Below are positions 63,725 through 64,000 of a DNA stretch of 64,000 nt, in pieces. This stretch comes from Meyerozyma guilliermondii (taxonomy: Eukaryota): positions 62,001 through 126,000 of the forward strand of contig CP128820.1 in NCBI GenBank assembly GCA_051546255.1. Direction: 5' to 3'. Position 1 is the first letter of the stretch, and each line of letters opens with the position of its first letter. The notes beneath the pieces were generated by a model. It had not been told where the DNA came from and did no database searches. It saw nothing but the letters and a program-made list of their open reading frames with translations. The position numbers and the translations under genes were made by a program.

Positions 63725-63839
63725 TTAGACAGCTGTATATGAAGAACCTTCAATTCAATTCACTTCTCTTTTTCCTACTTTTGCACCCAGACACCGTGCG
63801 CATACTTTGTGAATAATTTCAACACCTTCATCACCTCAA

Positions 63840-64000
63840 ATGGTATGTATACCTCTAGGCCTCTGGCGCCTCCCAATGCCACAAAAGCTCGTAACTAACA
63901 CAGTCTATATCCACAAAATCAGAATCAAAGGATTTGAAGGGCCTTTCTCTCATTGCGGCTCATTCCCATATTTCGGGTCTCGGTCTCGATGACCAGCTTC
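63840..64000 (+). CDS. RVB2: RuvB-like AAA+ ATPase, 5' partial, spliced: join(63840..63842, 63904..>64000)
   Basis: ATG|GTATGT...AACTAACACAG|TCT gives MSISTKSESKDLKGLSLIAAHSHISGLGLDDQL. Confidence 0.9.
63843..63903 (+). other. Spliceosomal intron of RVB2 (61 nt)
   Basis: GTATGT ... AACTAAC ACAG immediately after the ATG. Confidence 0.88.

Overview
Gene-dense fungal nuclear DNA from a CUG-Ser clade yeast. CTG falls at conserved Ser positions, and the ~44% GC (estimated by eye) and gene set resemble Meyerozyma/Debaryomycetaceae; the species is not established. About 39 protein genes are supported. Most are housekeeping: OXR1, DCG1, DDC1, MPC1, SEC59, HSP31/GLX3, SLC1, APL5, KXD1, TDP1, SMC3, CMD1, REV1, HOS1, ALG1, RAD14, HSP90, RTP1, YAR1, SUI3, ENV7, MED9, RBD2, INP1, TOM40, PFK2, CIN2 and the start of RVB2. 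Six spliceosomal introns (43-218 nt) missed by the ORF track were reconstructed. The stand-out region is about 52.3-61 kb: ARO10-type keto-acid decarboxylase, peroxisomal D-amino acid oxidase, Zn2Cys6 regulator, amino-acid permease and M19 (renal-type) dipeptidase lie side by side. Their promoters share a 15-bp CGG-containing element (14/15 identical) and an 11-bp Aro80-like element, suggesting a co-regulated D-amino acid / D-peptide utilisation cluster. I could not support any RNA gene, transposon or CRISPR array. Gene names come from recognising protein motifs and from recalled synteny, not from database searches.
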